64,000 bases of DNA from Chthoniobacterales bacterium (GTDB lineage Bacteria; Verrucomicrobiota; Verrucomicrobiia; Chthoniobacterales; DASVRZ01), in contig JBBRPA010000013.1 of assembly GCA_038228695.1 (NCBI GenBank), positions 3,096-67,095 of the forward strand. Direction: 5' to 3'. Shown here one piece after another: positions 62,541 to 64,000 of the stretch (positions are counted from its first letter, which is position 1; each line of letters begins with the position of its first letter). The notes below the pieces were generated by a model. That model ran no database searches and was not told where the DNA came from. It saw only the letters and a list, made by a program, of their open reading frames with translations. The translations under genes were made by a program, and so were the position numbers.

Positions 62541-62556
62541 TTGGCACAGTGGTTGC
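62541..62556 (+). promoter_or_regulatory. Sigma-54 (-24/-12) promoter upstream of the prepilin-like gene
   Basis: TGGCAC-AGTGG-TTGCT matches TGGCAC-N5-TTGCW with exact spacing. It lies ~70 nt upstream of the ATG at 62626, followed by an AT-rich leader. Confidence 0.55.
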
Positions 62557-62625
62557 TTTATTTCACTTAATGGGAAAATCCCAGTATAGAAAAATACTAA
62601 ACTAATAATAATAGAAACCAATAAT

Positions 62626-63051
62626 ATGTCAGACAAACTTAAAAAGATCGGGGGTTTTACTCTCGTTGAAATCATGATCGTCGTTGCAATTATCGCTTTG
62701 CTCGCGTCAGTGGCTGTTCCCAGCTTTCTGCGCGCTCGCAAGCGCTCCCAAGCCACCGCTTGTAAGAACGACCTGCGCTTGATCGACACAGCCGTCGAGC
62801 AATATGCAATCGAGAATAATAAGGGCGCTGGCACCCTGCCCACGTCGCCACAGCTCGCGCCTTACCTGAAAACCGGCACCAGGCTCTACAACTCCGCCAT
62901 TGCAGCTCCCGTGACCTCGCTGGACGATACCTTGGGAAATCCGATCATCATTCCTTCGGTGGACAATCTGCCGAAAATTCCGACGACCACCAATAGCGCT
63001 CTCTCAGATGTCGCGAACGCCAGTTTCTGGGCTCCTTACTCGATTAACTAA
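62626..63051 (+). CDS. Prepilin-type N-terminal cleavage/methylation domain protein (pseudopilin/pilin-like)
   Basis: MSDKLKKIGG|FTLVEIMIVVAIIALLA, a class III signal; 141 aa. Confidence 0.85.
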   Translation: MSDKLKKIGGFTLVEIMIVVAIIALLASVAVPSFLRARKRSQATACKNDLRLIDTAVEQYAIENNKGAGTLPTSPQLAPYLKTGTRLYNSAIAAPVTSLDDTLGNPIIIPSVDNLPKIPTTTNSALSDVANASFWAPYSIN

Positions 63052-63076
63052 GCCCACAAATCGCTTAACCTAAGGC

Positions 63077-63116
63077 AAACCCCTTCAAGGAAACTTGAAG
63101 GGGTTTTCTTTTGTTT
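63077..63116 (+). terminator. Intrinsic terminator after the pilin-like gene
   Basis: AAACCCCTTCAAG-gaaa-CTTGAAGGGGTTT followed by TCTTTTGTTT. Confidence 0.75.
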
Positions 63117-63304
63117 CGCACCAAACTCTCGATGAGAGCATTTTCGCTTTAGAGGGACGCGCTGGCGCAGTTTGAAAGGGGAGTGTCGGCGCGTCCGATT
63201 CTCTCTGCGCGCGGGATGAGTGCGGCTATGCCGGGATTGCAAATGAAGTGTCCCGCGAGGACGCAGGACAACACACGCGAGGGCGCGCAGGGTCCCCATT
63301 CCCC

Positions 63305-63871
63305 TTATTTTGCGGTCATCCAATGCCAGGAGCAGAGGCTTGTCTCAAGGGTATCGCTGAAGGCATCGAACAAGGGCGCGGGCGCGCTGGTCACGATTTG
63401 TAGGCAGTATTTGTCGAGGTTGACATAGGTCACGCGCACGGTCTGGTTCACGCCGTAAAAGGCGTAACTGAGATTGGCGGTATAAGATTCGCGTCCACCG
63501 ATAATGTGCTGGCCGGACGTTTCCGTGAAGGCGAGGACTTGGCTGTCGGCAGGAGCAAGGGAACGGGCGAAGGTTTGGAAGTTCTTCAGGCTGCCCGCAT
63601 TGAAGGGACCGGGAGATGGAATCGGCAGCGCGGTGAATTCCACGGTGGCTTGGCGCGTCTTGGGATCCTCGAGGAGCAGTTTGCTGCCAGTGCCGGTGCA
63701 TTTCCAACCATTGGGAGGCCCATAAGCCACGCGCCGCCCCTCGTCCTCGAAGCTGTAATAGTGGATCGGGTAGGTATCGATCATTTGCGTCTCCTGCGTC
63801 GGGACGAAATTGATCGCAAAGGCGGCGCGAGCGCCAAGCAAGAGTAAAGCGCAACCAGAGAGCGGCTTCAT
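63305..63871 (-). CDS. Hypothetical secreted protein (188 aa)
   Basis: Signal MKPLSGCALLLLGARAAFA. The start overlaps the upstream gene's stop (ATGA). I recognise no family. Confidence 0.6.
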   Translation of the reverse strand: MKPLSGCALLLLGARAAFAINFVPTQETQMIDTYPIHYYSFEDEGRRVAYGPPNGWKCTGTGSKLLLEDPKTRQATVEFTALPIPSPGPFNAGSLKNFQTFARSLAPADSQVLAFTETSGQHIIGGRESYTANLSYAFYGVNQTVRVTYVNLDKYCLQIVTSAPAPLFDAFSDTLETSLCSWHWMTAK

Positions 63872-64000
63872 TGCAGGAACCAGCGGCTGTCGATCTTCGA
63901 GTAGGAAACGAGATACGGCGTGCCGGGAGGAGGACTGTTCAGGAGGCGACTATCGAAGTTCCAGCGACGCAAAGGCGGACTGTAAACATTGGATTTTCCC
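63868..64000 (-). CDS. 3' end of an unidentified CDS entering from beyond the window end
   Basis: My translation gives ...KSNVYSPPLRRWNFDSRLLNSPPPGTPYLVSYSKIDSRWFLQ*. The reading frame is open to the window edge and is translationally coupled to the next gene. Confidence 0.35.
   Translation of the reverse strand, partial: GKSNVYSPPLRRWNFDSRLLNSPPPGTPYLVSYSKIDSRWFLQ

Overview
High-GC bacterial chromosome segment. The G|FTLVE prepilin-like protein, the GxxExxY cassette and the repeat vocabulary suggest Verrucomicrobiota, but this is inference. About 60 genes are present, mostly housekeeping: prc, ispD, maf, lysA, gltB, deoC with aldehyde dehydrogenases, acpP, recQ, ilvD, leuA, phoH/HD-hydrolase/ybeY, a cysteine desulfurase and nuoEF. 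One tRNA-Ser(UGA) is present. No rRNA, CRISPR array, integrase or transposase was seen. The accessory content comes in several pieces. (1) A ~10.7-kb defence island between thuA and gltB holds a NERD-like SF1 helicase and a Type I R-M system. That system has an AAA+/PD-(D/E)xK (COG1373/DUF4143-type) gene embedded between hsdS and hsdR. (2) An element bounded by perfect 30-bp inverted repeats carries a GxxExxY gene and sits inside the deoC-ALDH operon. A cargo-less copy of the same element lies between ilvD and a PHP phosphatase gene. (3) A RelE/Phd toxin-antitoxin pair lies between leuA and ilvD. (4) A low-GC ATP-grasp gene is present. (5) A metal cluster contains copA, a Met/Cys-rich small secreted protein, a His/Asp-rich peptidoglycan-binding protein, a CsoR/RcnR-family sensor co-oriented with a NIP-like aquaporin, and rcnA. 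The two most interesting items are the IVS-like GxxExxY element pair and the R-M-embedded ATPase-nuclease. All calls come from reading the sequence and ORF translations; no database search was run.
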